From Leidyana gryllorum EB-2025a (taxonomy: Eukaryota; Protista; Apicomplexa), in assembly GCA_048772705.1 (NCBI GenBank), contig JBLWGC010000186.1:28303-92302 (forward strand): DNA of 64,000 nt, written 5' to 3'. The notes under the pieces were generated by a model that was given only the letters and a program-made list of their open reading frames with translations, did not search any database and was not told the origin of the DNA. Positions 11,572 through 24,636 of the stretch are shown one piece after another; positions within the stretch are counted from its first letter, which is position 1, and each line of letters opens with the position of its first letter. The position numbers and the translations under genes were made by a program.

Positions 11572-13934
11572 ATGCGACTTCGTCGTCTGGCTCGCCGAAT
11601 TAGGTATGGCGGCGGCGGATGTCTGAGGACAATGCTGTTCCTTTGGCCCTTTTGTACTGCCATTCTAGTGTATCTGTACTTCAGTCGATGGAATATGTCG
11701 ACGCTGAACGATACGCAGATAGTGACACCGCGGGGTTTATTCAAAGGCAAATACGACGCCGGATTGGCGGCCACAGAGGAGTACGACATTCCCTTCTGGG
11801 CCCCTGATCTAGATCCACAAATACGCAAGGGCGCCAACGGTCCCCCTTTATTGACCGAAATACCTCCCAGACCCAAGTGGTTCAAGAAGATTGCCACTGA
11901 GATGCGGTTTGCGTACTTATCTGACGAAAAGCTTATGCCATATGTGGGGTCCGCGCAGTGGGCAGGAAAGTTCAAGAACGCGAGTCGCCCCTATTATAAT
12001 GCGCTGGCCGTGTTCCCCAAAGCCTCGGACACACCAGATGAATTCGGGATCACCAGAATGCATGGAATCCTCGGCGTTGACGAAAATGCCAACCCGCTCT
12101 GGAGACCTGCGAGTCAACCACCTCCGGCCAAAGAGTACCCGGGCGGTCTGGAAGCTGCCTTGAAAAATGGCGGCTTCTACCTAAATCTCTCGAATGCTCT
12201 GCCCCTCGATAGAGAAGTTCCTGATTATCGCGAAGACGTCTGTAAAGAACAGACCTTCGATTTAACAAAGCTCCCCGATGCCTCGGTGGTCATCACTTTC
12301 TATAACGAACCCCTCTCCACCCTTCTGAGATCAGTTCACAGTGTTCTCAACCGCACCCCTCCCCCGATTTTGCGTGAGATCATTTTGGTAGACGATCACT
12401 CCAACCTCACCGAGAACCTCCCCGGCTCCGCACTGTATTACTATATCCAAACCCTCCCCAAGACCAAACTCATCCGCATGGGTGAGCGCAAAGGGTTGGT
12501 GCACGCGCGTCTCGCCGGAGCCCGCGCTGCGAGTGGCAAAGTCCTCGTTGTCCTCGACTCGCACATCGAAGTCAACGCCGGCTGGCTAGAACCCATGTTG
12601 AATCGGATTGCTGAGAACCCGTAAGCCAAGCAAAGATTACCTCAGACGACTCAACACACACACACACACACACTCTCTCTGCAGGAGCTCTATTGTGTTT
12701 CCGCAAATTCTCGCCATTAACCCGGAGAACTTCAGTTACGACATACACAGTGGGATCGGATGCCGAATCAGTTTCAGATGGTCGATGGTGGAGCAGAGCT
12801 CACTTGCGGGAAAGGTTAAAGATCCCAGTCCTGTGGAGTCCCCGTCCATGGCTGGTGGCCTCTTTGCAGCCGACTTGGACTACTTTTGGCACATTGGTGG
12901 CTACGACGAGGGATTTAGTATGTGGGGAGCCGAGAACGTGGAGATGGGATTCCGCACGTGGCAATGTGGCGGCAGAATGGAGTGTCTGCCGTGCGCCAAG
13001 ACGTTCCACATCTACCGCAAGAAGTGAGTCTGGGCCTGGGGCAGAGGAAAGACGTCTTGTCGTGCAGGGGGCATGGCTACGAGAGTCCGCACGACGCCAT
13101 TGTGCGTAACAGACTCAGGGCCGCTCGAGTGTGGACTGATGAGTTTTATGCCATTGCTGAGATCTTTATCCGAGGGAAAGAATTGCCCGACATGGGCAAC
13201 TTGGATAAGGTGAGCAGAGCGAGCAACAAGGTGTGGTTTCAAGTGGCCGCCGTAGATGTTGGCTCTGAGAGAGCGACTTGGATGCAAACCCTTCAAGTGG
13301 TTCTTGGACAATATTGATCCGGGCCACAGCATTCAGTCTGTGGAGTCGGTCGAATACCACGGATTCGTGCAGACCCGCCACCCGGAGCTTACTCGGTACT
13401 GTTTGGATACAATGAGCAAGAACGAGGCGGGTGAAGAGTTTGGTCTCTTCCCTTGCCACTGGGAAGGCGGTACTCAAAACTGGGTCAAGGTCAAGTAAGT
13501 CAAAGCGGTGACACAGCAATCTTCGAACCTCTGATACAGAGAGACTTCTCAAATCCTGCCTGTTTGCAATGAGAGACTGTGCTTGTCTGCCAAGTTAAAG
13601 TTCGAGACGTGTGCTGATGCGAAACCAGCGACGGCCACGTGGTTCGTCTACGACGTGGACAAGCGGCTCAACATTGTGATGCTCAAACAGAAACAGTCGC
13701 CTGAGAAGTGTCTTACTGCCAAGTCTCACCCGGTAGGCCCAGTACAGAACGAGGTGCACATCTCTCCCTCGCCAGACTCGGCTCGTCATGGAAGATTGTG
13801 TTGAGCTGGAGCAAAGTCAGCTGTGGTACTGGACGCACTATGTGCCCAAGGAGGTCCCGGCCCTGACTTACAGTGAGGAGTACCTACGAGAGCGAGAAGC
13901 TTTCAAGGCTCCTTGGCAGAAGATAGATAGCTAG
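11572..13934 (+). CDS. Polypeptide N-acetylgalactosaminyltransferase (GT27) paralog 2, multi-exon
   Basis: N-terminal TM, DSH motif, [40 protein letters not shown] lectin repeat. Alternative in-frame ATG at 11539. Confidence 0.93.
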
Positions 13935-14015
13935 TAATTAGTTGCACGTTGTGCATGTGACATTTGACAACCTCTGTGAAGTAATATAAAAGCAGTTACA
14001 GTGAAGTGAAAGGCT

Positions 14016-15568
14016 ATGCCACCGAGAGGACGAGAATCCCAAAACCGCCAAGACTCCCAGGCATCCAGATCATCATCCCCCAGCCCCCAACGATTCGATC
14101 CTACACCAAACACCACCCATAACGTACCCAGTACCATCACTGAGCCTTCCCATACTCCCAAACCTGACATGGACAGCGTTATGGCGCCGTCCGGAGGCGG
14201 ACACCTCCAAGTCAATCTTGGCGGTCTCCCTGTTAGCTCCCCATCCCCAACTCCCACTCCTGGTAGTGCAGTGGCCCAAAATGTGCAGAGTCCAATCCCA
14301 CCCGACGAGAGACCCGCGAGCAAATTCGGCCTTGAAAACGACGAAGGGGGAGGATCCAATGAATCCGCGTCAGTATACTTTGATCAGAAAAGTCGACCAC
14401 CAGCAAATGTTCCCACTTCGGATTTCGAGGAAGAAGGAGCAGACACCGAGACAGCTCACGGGCACCTGTCTAGCGTCCCTGCCACAGCACCTGAGCGACC
14501 CCATCGCGATGTAGACTCATCACCCAGTGAAGAGGGTGGCTCGATACCCCAGCACGTTGGGAGACGTCGGATGGCGCCTCGTCCGCAGCAGCTTAGACCA
14601 GGCAACTGTCTGTCTCGGGATAACCCCTTCTTAGCCTTAGGATATCAGATGTTTGCGAACCCACGGTGCGATGTGCCAGACTTGCCATCGTATATCGACG
14701 GTACAGCCAAGGTACTTCCCTCTGAACATGGCTTGGTGGCAAGAGCGTTCCATAGAGCTCAGCTCCCTCCGGAGCCAGAGCCCTTTTTTAACTAAATAAT
14801 ATTTAAACATGCTGACCTCCCAAGAAGCCAACGGGGCCCATATCTACTTTTACCAAACCCTCGTCGCAATCTGTGTAAGCCTTGAGGCCAGAGAATGTAT
14901 CACGTGTCGTTCCCGCTTGCCAACAGGCCGCAAAGGGAGATGACTGGACCGATATTGTAGAACAAGAAGAGAAGAGGCTATCCAGTGTCATCGCCGAGGC
15001 CAAACAGGCCGGTCGCGGTATAAGAAAAACAGTTCCAGCAGCCGAACTGCCGCCAGAGATTCAGGCATGTCTCATCCCAAAGTTGGGTCCCACCGATCCA
15101 GATGCAGCCGTGTCGTCGTCAGACGAGGACAAAGATGGAGCCGAAGCGAGCAGTAGCGATGAAGAGAACGACGAGGGACCCCAGGCCGCCCTCAAACCCA
15201 CGAAACGTCAGAGCCGCGTTCGGGGATTGCTCTCTGTGGCTGGGTATGGACTCACTGATGTCACCTCGGCGGGTGGTGGGAAGCCCCGTAATCGCAAGGA
15301 GCCGCCGAATAGAAAACGGCCGCTCTCCGCCATCAGAACCGATCGCCTAATGGAGGACCCGTTTCCTGAACACTTCCCCCACGACTTCTTTCCAGGATCC
15401 TACGAGGCCGGTCGAGTGTACATGGCCAGGGATATATACTACAACTACAGTGAGAAGGAAAAGGCGCGAGCCGCAGCCAAGAAGGGGCCCGGAAGGCGCG
15501 ATCGCGGCTTAATAGTGGGAAATCTAGTCAAATCGTCAGCACGACCACCCCCGTTCGTGTTTAGATGA
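14016..15568 (+). CDS. Low-complexity hypothetical protein (one spliced gene or two adjacent genes)
   Basis: ORF 14016-14795. Intron 14875-14926 (gtaagc..caacag) joins ...QTLVAIC to AAKGDDW... in frame. A possible intron 14701-14824 would join both parts; otherwise a second gene starts at ATG 14809. Confidence 0.45.
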
Positions 15569-15598
15569 ACAAGAAGAAAGTTAAAGAGAATGACGCAA

Positions 15599-17109
15599 TT
15601 ACAACAAATTACGATGGGTGAACTGAGTCTTAGTCCCGATGTCTCCAATGCAATGGCCGTTGCCGGTAAGTCTGCGGAGGGAAGGTAGATGGAACGGAGG
15701 TGAGGCAGACGAAAATGGAAACGAAGGCGTTGAGGCGTGGACGGAGGCGGGGAGGCGGGGACGGAGGCGTTGAGGCGGAGACAAAGTCAGGGACACTTAC
15801 CGGTATTTGTACAATGTGAGACCCTCCAGGCCGACAGGTCCACGAGAGTGGATGCGGTTGGTGCTAATACCGACCTCTGCACCAAAACCGTAACGGAAGC
15901 CGTCAGCAAATCTGGTAGAGCAGTTGGCGTACACACCAGCCGAGTCGACTTCCCGCTGGAATTGTTCGATCTTGGACTGGTTATCCGTCATGATGCAGTC
16001 CGTGTGACCAGAGCTATAGGTGTTGATATGCTCAATGGCTTCGTCAATGTTGTTCACAATCTTTACTGCAACAGTGTATGTGAGGTACTCTGTGCCCCAC
16101 GCCTTCTCGTCTGCCGCTTCAGTGCGGTCGGCGGGCAGATACTTTGCGCTCGCCTCGTCAGCTACAAACTTGACTGGCCACTGAGTGGTGGCCTCAGCAT
16201 AGAGTGGTAGAATTTTCTCAGCGATCTGCAGATACACACTTTCGAGTCCGAGGCGAGTATCCACTTCAGTAGACTTACATCTTTATGGACGAGGAGCGTT
16301 TCACACGCGTTACAAGCGGCAACATATTGAGTCTTTGACTCCACCATCACGCGAACAGCTTTGTGCAAATCCGCAATCTCATCGTCGACGTATATTTTGC
16401 AGATACCATCCGCATGTCCGAGGACGGGGATTTTGGTGGACTCTGGAGGCGGATTGGGGGCGATTGAGTGCAGTATGGTCTCACCTTTGATGTTCCGCAC
16501 CAATGCGTTGCTGCCGCGAGGAACAACGAGATCAATGTATTTGTCGCATTTGAGGAGTTCAGCGACTTGTTCCCGTGTCTCCACAAGTTGGAGGGCGTTG
16601 ATGGGCACTCTGAACTCTGAGTTCGCTTTGGCCAGAGCGCTAGTGATAGCACGGTAGATGGCGCTGTTGGTATGGATAGCCTCTTTGCCACCCTTGAGTA
16701 TCAGCGCGTTGCCAGATTTCAGCGCCAACGAACTGATCTGTACTCCCGCTTCCGGACGAGCCTCGTATATCGTCAAGAGGACGCCAATAGGACACGAGAC
16801 ACGTTCCAGAATCAAGCCGTCAGTCAACTCTGTCTTCAAGTCGACCTTGCCGACAGGGTCGTCCAATTTCATCACCGCTTCCACTGAGCCAATCATATCG
16901 GTGAACTTCTTGTCATCGAGAACCAATCGTTTGGCCAGCGGGCTGGCCGGATCACACTTGGCTACATCCTCCTTGTTGGCGGTCAAAATGTTGTCCCGTT
17001 CGGACACCAATGCCTCAGCGATATACTCCAAGGTGCGGTTTCGTGCCTCTGCACTCAAACCCGCCAGCTGACGAGATGCGATGCGAGCGTTCTGTGCCAC
17101 ACTCTCCAT
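15599..17109 (-). CDS. proA: Gamma-glutamyl phosphate reductase (stand-alone), multi-exon
   Basis: [84 protein letters not shown]; last exon [10 protein letters not shown]...FTHRNLL after a gtaagt..cgcag intron. Confidence 0.95.
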
Positions 17110-17246
17110 TATTGAATACAAATTTGGAATCAAAGTTACTTTAGAGTTCTTTAGATAGCAATGACTCAGGACTACTTTCGATGTGTGTGTGTGTGTGTGC
17201 ATTGTGTATTTCTCTTCTGCCCATTGGACGGACTGGCTGAGGACTA

Positions 17247-20200
17247 CTATCGCTGATTGGTAGTTTCTGAGTTGAAATCCGTCCATTGATCGTTCTCCCA
17301 ACCCATATCAACGTCAAAATCCAGGTCCAAGTGGCTGTATAAGCCTTCTTCTTCTGAGTACTCCTGGGCTGCCTGAGCAGCCCCGCTGGCTCTAGTCGGG
17401 GCTAGTGGCATGGGATCTATAGCCATTCCCACGCACTCTCCGATCACTTGACACTTTTGCAGTACCTGCATCGTGGCCCACTGACCCATTCCGTGGGTTC
17501 CTCCCTGTAACGAGTGGTCGTCAACGTGTTGGGCCAGAACTCACCTCGTGACCAATACTGTCGGGACCCCAGACAGCCAGAATGTTCTCCAGGACACCTT
17601 GAATTGAATGCTTCAACGCCGCATTTATGGGCAGTTCAAAGTCGAAGAGATCTAAGGAGCAAAGTGGGCAGCAATGTCCGAGAAGTGCCTCACTTAGAAG
17701 AGCTACCGATCGCAAGAGATCGCACATTGACGCTGCGAAAGGCATAGAATAAGGCGCGCCGCACAAATCCAGAATGGACTCTAAGGTTTCCCGTAGTAAA
17801 GTGACATCGAAACAAGGTAACAGTTCCCGGACCATATTGAAAACTAGTTTGTACCCTGTGAAAGAAGAGGCGGCGTGTCGAAGCCCCGTGATGACGATCA
17901 ATGTCTCTCACCTGGGATGATTGAGATCTTCCAATCCGCTTCCCCAGCCCTCCAGGGTACGTTGACCTTGTTTATCGTACATTCGAAGTCGCGATCTGCA
18001 ATTCCCATTTGAGCAATTGCAACTTGCAGGACTCGACGGCGCTGATTCTGAGTTTCTTCCGTCGCTATGCTGGGTCCTCCAAAGCTCTCTTCCAAGAGAC
18101 GTCTGTGAGATCGCGTTGTCGATCGATGTTGTATGAGAAACTCACTTGAAGAGTGACATAACGAGCACGCGTTTCCGAGGATGCCACATGGAGATTCGCT
18201 GCGAAAAAGTGAGTTTGAGGGCGGAGACCGGAATGTGGGCGCTCACCATCAAGACAGAGAGAAGGGCGGGGGTGACATTGTTGACGGGGTCAGGTCGAGC
18301 AGATGGGTATGTGGGGCTTGGGGAGTTATCATTGGTGGGTTCCGCGAGCAGTCCGCTGCTGTCGGCATTGAAGTTGCTGTTAGGCTTGCGGTACACATCC
18401 TCGGGAAGAAGAACTTCGTCGAAAAAACGGAGTACGGCCGAAGCACCAGCGGAACTACCGATGCGCAGCGACATTAGCATAACGGAGTGGTCGCTGAAGG
18501 GGTCATCCATTTGTCTTCGCGCGAGGTGGTAAATCTCAAAGAGATCTCTGCGAGCGATTCGTTTATAACTTTCGATAGCGTCAGCGCAACTGCTGAACAT
18601 TTCCTGCAGTTTGGCACATTGCGTTCTATCTTCGGGCTTGAAGGCCCGTAATCTCGAGCCCTCGTGAGGGTCTTTATAGACGTTGCTTTCCAGCATACTC
18701 GGAACTTGGCTCCTCGCTATGTAGGAGGAAACGACCGATGCCGCCAAGCGAGGCCGTTTGGGCGTCACGCCTTCGCCATTCGCAGTGGTTGTCGGGAGAA
18801 GGAGCTCCGTTTCGTTGATTCGAATCGACGGAGTCGGGGCCCCGCTGAACGAACGTTTGCGTACTCCTCCGGTGGCGCTCGGAGCCATAGTGGGCAGCCT
18901 CGACGACCTCAAGTGAGACTCAGCCGCAGCGCTGGGAACATTGTGTGTCGGATAACTGCCACCATTTGGGGCGAAAGGGGCATTGTGCTGGTGGTGGTCG
19001 GATTCTCCCCCGTTACGACGGAGATCGACTTGCGTGTCTTCATCAATATCGTCATCATCGTCATCATCGTCGTCGTCATCGTCGTCATCGTCATCATCGT
19101 CGTCAGAGTTCATGGGAACAGCAGAAAAATGTACGCCCGCTGTTATAACGCTACGCAGTCGTGTGTCTTGTTGGAACTGTTCGTCTTCTTGTGGTTCCGG
19201 GGGTTTCCACGTGACGGTCTCTTCTTGAGCAGCCTGGCGCTGCAAATGTTGTACAACGAGCTCATAATTGGTGAGTGTGGTCAACATGATGATGAGCTCC
19301 ACCAATTTGCCAACCGGCATATCGGTTGGCTGATTAGGAATTCTCGGACACACCAAGAATTCGAACAGTTGATCGAGCAACTGTGTCTCCCGAATCGCAT
19401 CCATGGGGGGTAATACCAGTTTGGTACTTCCTCGTCTATCACTCTCGTCTTCAGCCTCTTCGGCAATCACTTCTTCGTCCCCGGCTTGCGAGGCCGACGG
19501 TAAGTTCCAAAACACCGGAAGAGAAGCCTTAGCCTTCACCTCCGCGGCGACCGGCCAATCGATCTCCTGAATGATCTCGCTGGGGGGCCGTTCCATGTCT
19601 CCCATCATGTGTGCGTGTTCGACGACTGCCAGGCCACTGAGGTCTTCGTTTTCATCGGTTCCGCCGAAAGCTCCCCCGAAACAGCTATCATCTCGGAGCA
19701 TCTCACTCTCCCAGCTGAAGTGGGGGTTGAGAGCCTCGTTGGGAGTAATTTCCTGCATTTGATCCTCAATGTTTAGGGCTTGTGGGGGCAACGGGGTAGC
19801 CTCCTGGAACAACAGAAGCGTTCGATGCTTCTCGAACCTGCGGTTCACTCGGGCCAGGGCATCACAGATGTGTGTCAACGCCTCGCCGCTGATCACCAGC
19901 CGCCCTCTTTCATCAGTATCTCGAAGGTTCTTGAACAACTCAAACAAGTCAGGGTAATTAGGAAGGGCAGTGCAGAGTAATAATCGATCTGCGCAAGCAA
20001 ACTCCGCCTTGGTCTCTCTCAAGTTGCGGAAGATCAGTTGAGCCAATCGTCGACAACTGGAGAACTCAGCCTGGCAATAGGGCAAAAAATGCAGAAGGGC
20101 TTGGGCGTAACAATAGGCGTTTTCGGCATGACACAAGAGACGCGAGATATTGTGGGGATCTCGATCGCCAAACTCGTAGGTATCGTCTTCCACCAGGAAT

Positions 20201-21284
20201 TCAACTAAAAGTTCTCCAAATGCTTTGGTGAAGATCGAGAAATGTGCAGTGATTTCAGAGAGTTGACCTTTGCTCGACACCTTGAAACCGTCGCTCAGTC
20301 GCTCGTGCCGCTCACAGTAGTCCTGGAGAAATGCACCCAGAAACTCACTACCTCTATTACGGTCGTAAAGCCTCCGTAATGTCTCCACAACCTGAGGATC
20401 GCGTAACAGCGCCCAATAAAACGCCGGTGGTGTCCAGCCACCCTCTTGTTCAGCCAGCATCTGCTTGAAGGGGTCCGGCTGGAAATTCTGCGACAGAATC
20501 AAACACAGACCTTCTGTCAGCTGCCATCCGATCAAACATTTCGTTTCCAAGATAACCAGTCGACCACTCACATAATCACTGGCAGTAAAAGCATTGCGAC
20601 CTCCGCCCGGCCCCGACGTCATTGACGTCAGCGGCTGCGGCCGCTGCTGCTGCTGCTGCTGCGAGTCGGAGGAAGAAGTGTTCATGTTGTTGGCGCTGCT
20701 GTTGGTCCCTGTCGCACTGACTCCTACGCCCCGCGATGTGCTAGGCGACTCTCCATCGACCGGTGGACCCGCACCACCAGCCACCATCCTAGCTCCCCCC
20801 TCGCCACCTCCTCCGAGCAGCATATCCTGAACCTCGTCAAGTTCTCGACACCATTCCGCCAGCAGCTCGCAAACTTTGGCCAACCCGGTGTAGTTCCGAA
20901 TCAATTCCGAGACCGCCCCCTGCAGGCAGCAAACAGAGTCAGTGAGTGAGTGAGTGAGTGAAAGATTGTGCAGTGGGCGAGCGGAAGACGGGGGAGAGTG
21001 CCGAGTGGGGGGGACAGCAGATGGACAGCCAGCCCCCTCCTCATGATACTGCTCGTCTCTCCATCTCAGGTGACGACAATCGTTCCGAATGTAACGCTTC
21101 CGCTGCTCACCAGTTCGATAGAGTGGATGAGATCCAGGGGTGGGTCTTTATATGGGTCGATTCCCTGTGCTAAGAGCGTTTCATTGATATGGCGTTCCAC
21201 CGCCCCGCTTATGAGGGGGTCCATGATGGCATCCTCCGCCTCCAGGAGGCGGTTCCAGGCGGTGCCAGCCTCCTGCTGAGTCAT
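17247..21284 (-). CDS. TH1 / NELF-C/D-like protein with large insertions, multi-exon
   Basis: DAIMDP..., ELIRNYTGLAKVCELLAEW, QNFQP...TPPAF..LL..P.V...L..L..NRGSEFL, HAENAYCYAQALL, FDVTLLR..LESILDLCGAPYSMPFA resemble TH1 family segments (recalled, not searched). Confidence 0.65.
19048..19105. repeat. Trinucleotide (tcg/tca)n repeat encoding poly-Asp
   Basis: Visible repeat; long D-tract in the 920-aa ORF. Confidence 0.9.
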
Positions 21285-21349
21285 ATCACCTCATCTGTGA
21301 GCTTTATCTGGTGAGACAGACCTCCTTTACACACCAAAAAAGTGGGTTT

Positions 21350-24300
21350 TTACTCAATTCCTTCAGTGGTGACAACAAGTTGACTGGGGGCACTAAATGC
21401 AGAGGACAGATTGGAATCGGGAGACTGAGTATCATCAGAGGTGCCATGGGGAGAGGTAGAATTGGCTGAAGAGGTACTGATCGAGTCAAAGGCGCCACCG
21501 GGGGGAGAAACCGCAACAGATGCTGATGTGCTGGTTCGATGGTTCATGAACGCCTCGAACCCGCTTCGCACATGGGAAGCCCAGTGCTCTTCTTCGGCAC
21601 GAGACGTTACACACGTCTTCCACATCACACGCTCAGGTGCTGATAAGACATTGCACAGTGCTTCTCGAGCAAAATGAATGTTCAAACGTTTCCCATCTTC
21701 CGCCATATATAAGCAAGTTCGCTGTCGGACATGAGAGAGAGACAATGAGGAGCAGTCTGTCGTCTCGAACACTTACCCGTCTGTCGGACGCCAGCTCGCC
21801 AGCCTCTCCGTTGACAGGTAGATCGATGAGATAGTAGGACTGATTCGCAATCAACTGGTCCCGATCTTTCGTCATGTACTCCCCGGGCCACAACCGCTCG
21901 GCCTGACGCACCAATTCGTCACCCAAATGTTCCAACTTGTTGTCCGTCAGCGTCCGAGAGATCAACTTGTGGCCAACGGCATTACTCTGCGACAGAGAGT
22001 GAGCGACGGAATTGGACAGGGGGGGGCAAGAGAAGGGGAGTAGTCTCTGTGTAAAGACGCGACCACCACCGTCGTTGACGCGACACGACATTTAGTTTTC
22101 GTCACGTTGCTCACCTCAAAAGCTTCGTGGCAACCAGCCACAAGGTGAAGAGGTATTGGGACCGCGTGAACTTGAGTGTGCATTGCTCTTGTCACTTTCA
22201 TGGGTGAGTAGCGTTCAAAGAAGACGAGAGCGAAGCCCTGAGGAGGAGAGAGAGAAGGTGGACCGACCGCGGCCGGGATGCTGATTCACTCACCTGGGAG
22301 GCGAGATAGTGACGCAAATCACGCATAACCTTCGATAACTCTTGGAGGACCACAGTGGGGAAGAGAGCGACACATGGCTGATGCGACACTGGCAACAGCA
22401 TCAGGTGCTGAGGGACAATGCCGCCTCGTGCGATAGCAATATAAACCTGCGTTGAAAGAAGCGACATTGTTTGAGAGGCTCGAGTTGTCAAGTTGTGTCA
22501 ATCTCACCTTGTCTGCCACAGAGACAATGAGCTTCTTCTCGCATGAGGGATTGAAAAGACAGAACCAACAATCTGTGAGTGAGAAGGTGAAGGCTGATAT
22601 GTTTGCTGTTTGTGTGACTGCAAAATTACCTGAGTGCGGTCGCACGTCAATCGGCACGGCTTGTAGGCGGTCGATAGCTGTTGTTGGAGCGATCGGCTCG
22701 TTGTCCATAGAGTTCGAGGTGTTCGCAGCTGTCTCGTTGGATGAAGCCGTTCCCCAGCGGGTGTCTGGAACGGGTAAGGGATCATGTTCGTACTTGGTAG
22801 CTTTGTCAATGGCGATCTCGCGCACACGCGTTTGGTCCTGAATGTTAGCGTACACAAGTCGGAGGGTCCGGCCAAATAGGTTGATGTTTTCAGCAGTGAA
22901 AGCTGCCTCTGCATCCTGTGCGCGTTCAAAGGTAACCCATCTGGTAGACAAAGAGAAGAAGGAGAGAGTGAAAGGGCAGACAGATAACGAGCTGCTTACG
23001 CTCGACCAGCGATACGCGAGCCGTTGCCTCCATGGCCAAAGCGTGGCAGGCGAACGTCTAGAATTGGACCAAAAGCACCAAGACAACGGAAGAGCTCCTC
23101 TTTGGTTGCTGCATAGGGGACATTGGAGACGTAGAGAACCCTGGCGCCCTCTTCCTGGCTGCCAGTGTCCACTGGGGGCGCCCAAGTGCTGGACTCCTTG
23201 CCGGAGGAGGACTGCTTCCAAGAGTCAGAAGATGACTGCTGTTGTTGTTTGTTGGTTGGAACAGAGAGGACGGTAGGAGGAGGTCGTTCTGGGGGGGGTG
23301 TGGTGGTCTCTTCGGAAGCAGGCTGCTGACGCCACCAGTTCTCGGGTGGTACACCCCACCCATTAGATTTCGGAGGAGAAGACCAGCCAGTAGATGACTG
23401 CGAGAGACGAGACCATCGAGATACAGCGGGCGGTCGATCTGTGCGAGCCCGCTTGGCCGATGGGTGCAGATCGCTGGCTGCTGACGAAGAGTCAAGAGAG
23501 AAAGGTGACTTGGACAGGACGACCTTGTCCTTCTCTGTCCACGGAATTAATCGGAGCGAGTGCGCAAACTTGCGGTTCTCAGCAGGCAAATCTGCAGGCG
23601 CGCCCACTGATACTCTGGAAGGCATTGGGCCCAATGCTATGAAGCGGGAAACGGCGTCCACTGCAAATCCAGGGATGAGTGACAAGTGGAACATAATCAA
23701 ATCAAAAGGACAATGGAAAACGAGGACAGGCAGGTAGGTACGAACTGATAAGCCAAAGTCACCAAGCGGGACGGGTCGATGGAGCGATGGATCACCGCCT
23801 CTCTCGCAATGTCTCTCTCTCTATCTCTATCTCTCGTCGATCGAGATCGATAGATCGCGCACGCGCGCGCGCGGAGAAAGAGAGGCAGATCGCATAGGTC
23901 AAATGGAAAGTGCAAAAGAAGGGGTGCAGGCAGGCAATGGCACAAGTGCTGCTTACCTTTGCCAGCTTTGAAGGGCGGCCGCTCATAGAAAGCTTGCGGG
24001 CCGCCAACCGCCACATAGTAACGGGCAGGTAGAAGTTTATTGGCGAAGCTAGCAGCCGCCCGCGCCAGAGAAGGCTCATCGTTGTGAAGCTGCAGTAGAT
24101 GGTCGAGTTGAAGCCTGTCACTATCATTCAGGCCATTGGCAATGTTGTCGGGCCAAGCGGTCATCAGACAAAGGTCCATCACCTCGTCATCGGGACTGTT
24201 TTGGTACTGTTCCCAGTCGACACCTGTGAGGAACGCGATACGTAGATCCTTGACCACCTTTCGCCCGCACGATCCCAGCAGACTAATCTGTGGAGTCAGG

Positions 24301-24602
24301 TCCTCCACGCCTTCGGGGTACGCACGACGCAATTGAGCCCCCAGTGTCTCTGGCCTCGGTCGGTCCAGGATCAGTAACTGACTCACAGGCAGCTCATCAC
24401 CCAATAGTTCTGCGGCTTGAGCCTTCAATGTGACGGCATCTGCTGCTCGAGAGTATATAGGCCCGAAGAAGTCACCCAGACAAATGCAAAGGTCGTATGG
24501 CCCGTAGCGTTCTACAGCAACCTGCAAGTTCTCTCTGAACGTTGCCTGGGCGCCGCCAACTTCGCCCCAAACCAACACGCGCCGAGCCAATTGCTGACTC
24601 AT
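21350..24602 (-). CDS. CWF19L1: CWF19-like protein 1 (Drn1/CwfJ family) with internal RRM, multi-exon
   Basis: N-terminal pseudo-metallophosphatase (VLVWGEVGG..GPYDLCICLGDFF, FYERPPF); RRM (LYVSNVPY..FGPILDVRLP..WVTF); CwfJ (CWFCLFNPSCEKKLIVSV, HLMLLPVSH, HFAREAL..ERVMWKTC). Confidence 0.82.
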
Positions 24603-24636
24603 CCCCAATTTTTTCCGAACCACAAACTACTAACTA

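Noticed and set aside
14781-14930. Programmed frameshift or pseudogene at ccc ttt ttt aac taa
   Set aside because: No in-frame X XXY YYZ heptamer, both shifted frames hit TAA at once, and canonical introns explain the frame changes.
15672-15800. G-rich ggaggcg repeats as a terminator or G-quadruplex after a proA stop at 15797
   Set aside because: They lie in the last proA intron; the true stop is at 15599.
23790-23890. Palindrome-rich stretch (gatcga, cgcgcg) as ncRNA
   Set aside because: Low-complexity dinucleotide sequence within a CWF19L1 intron; self-complementarity is expected by chance.
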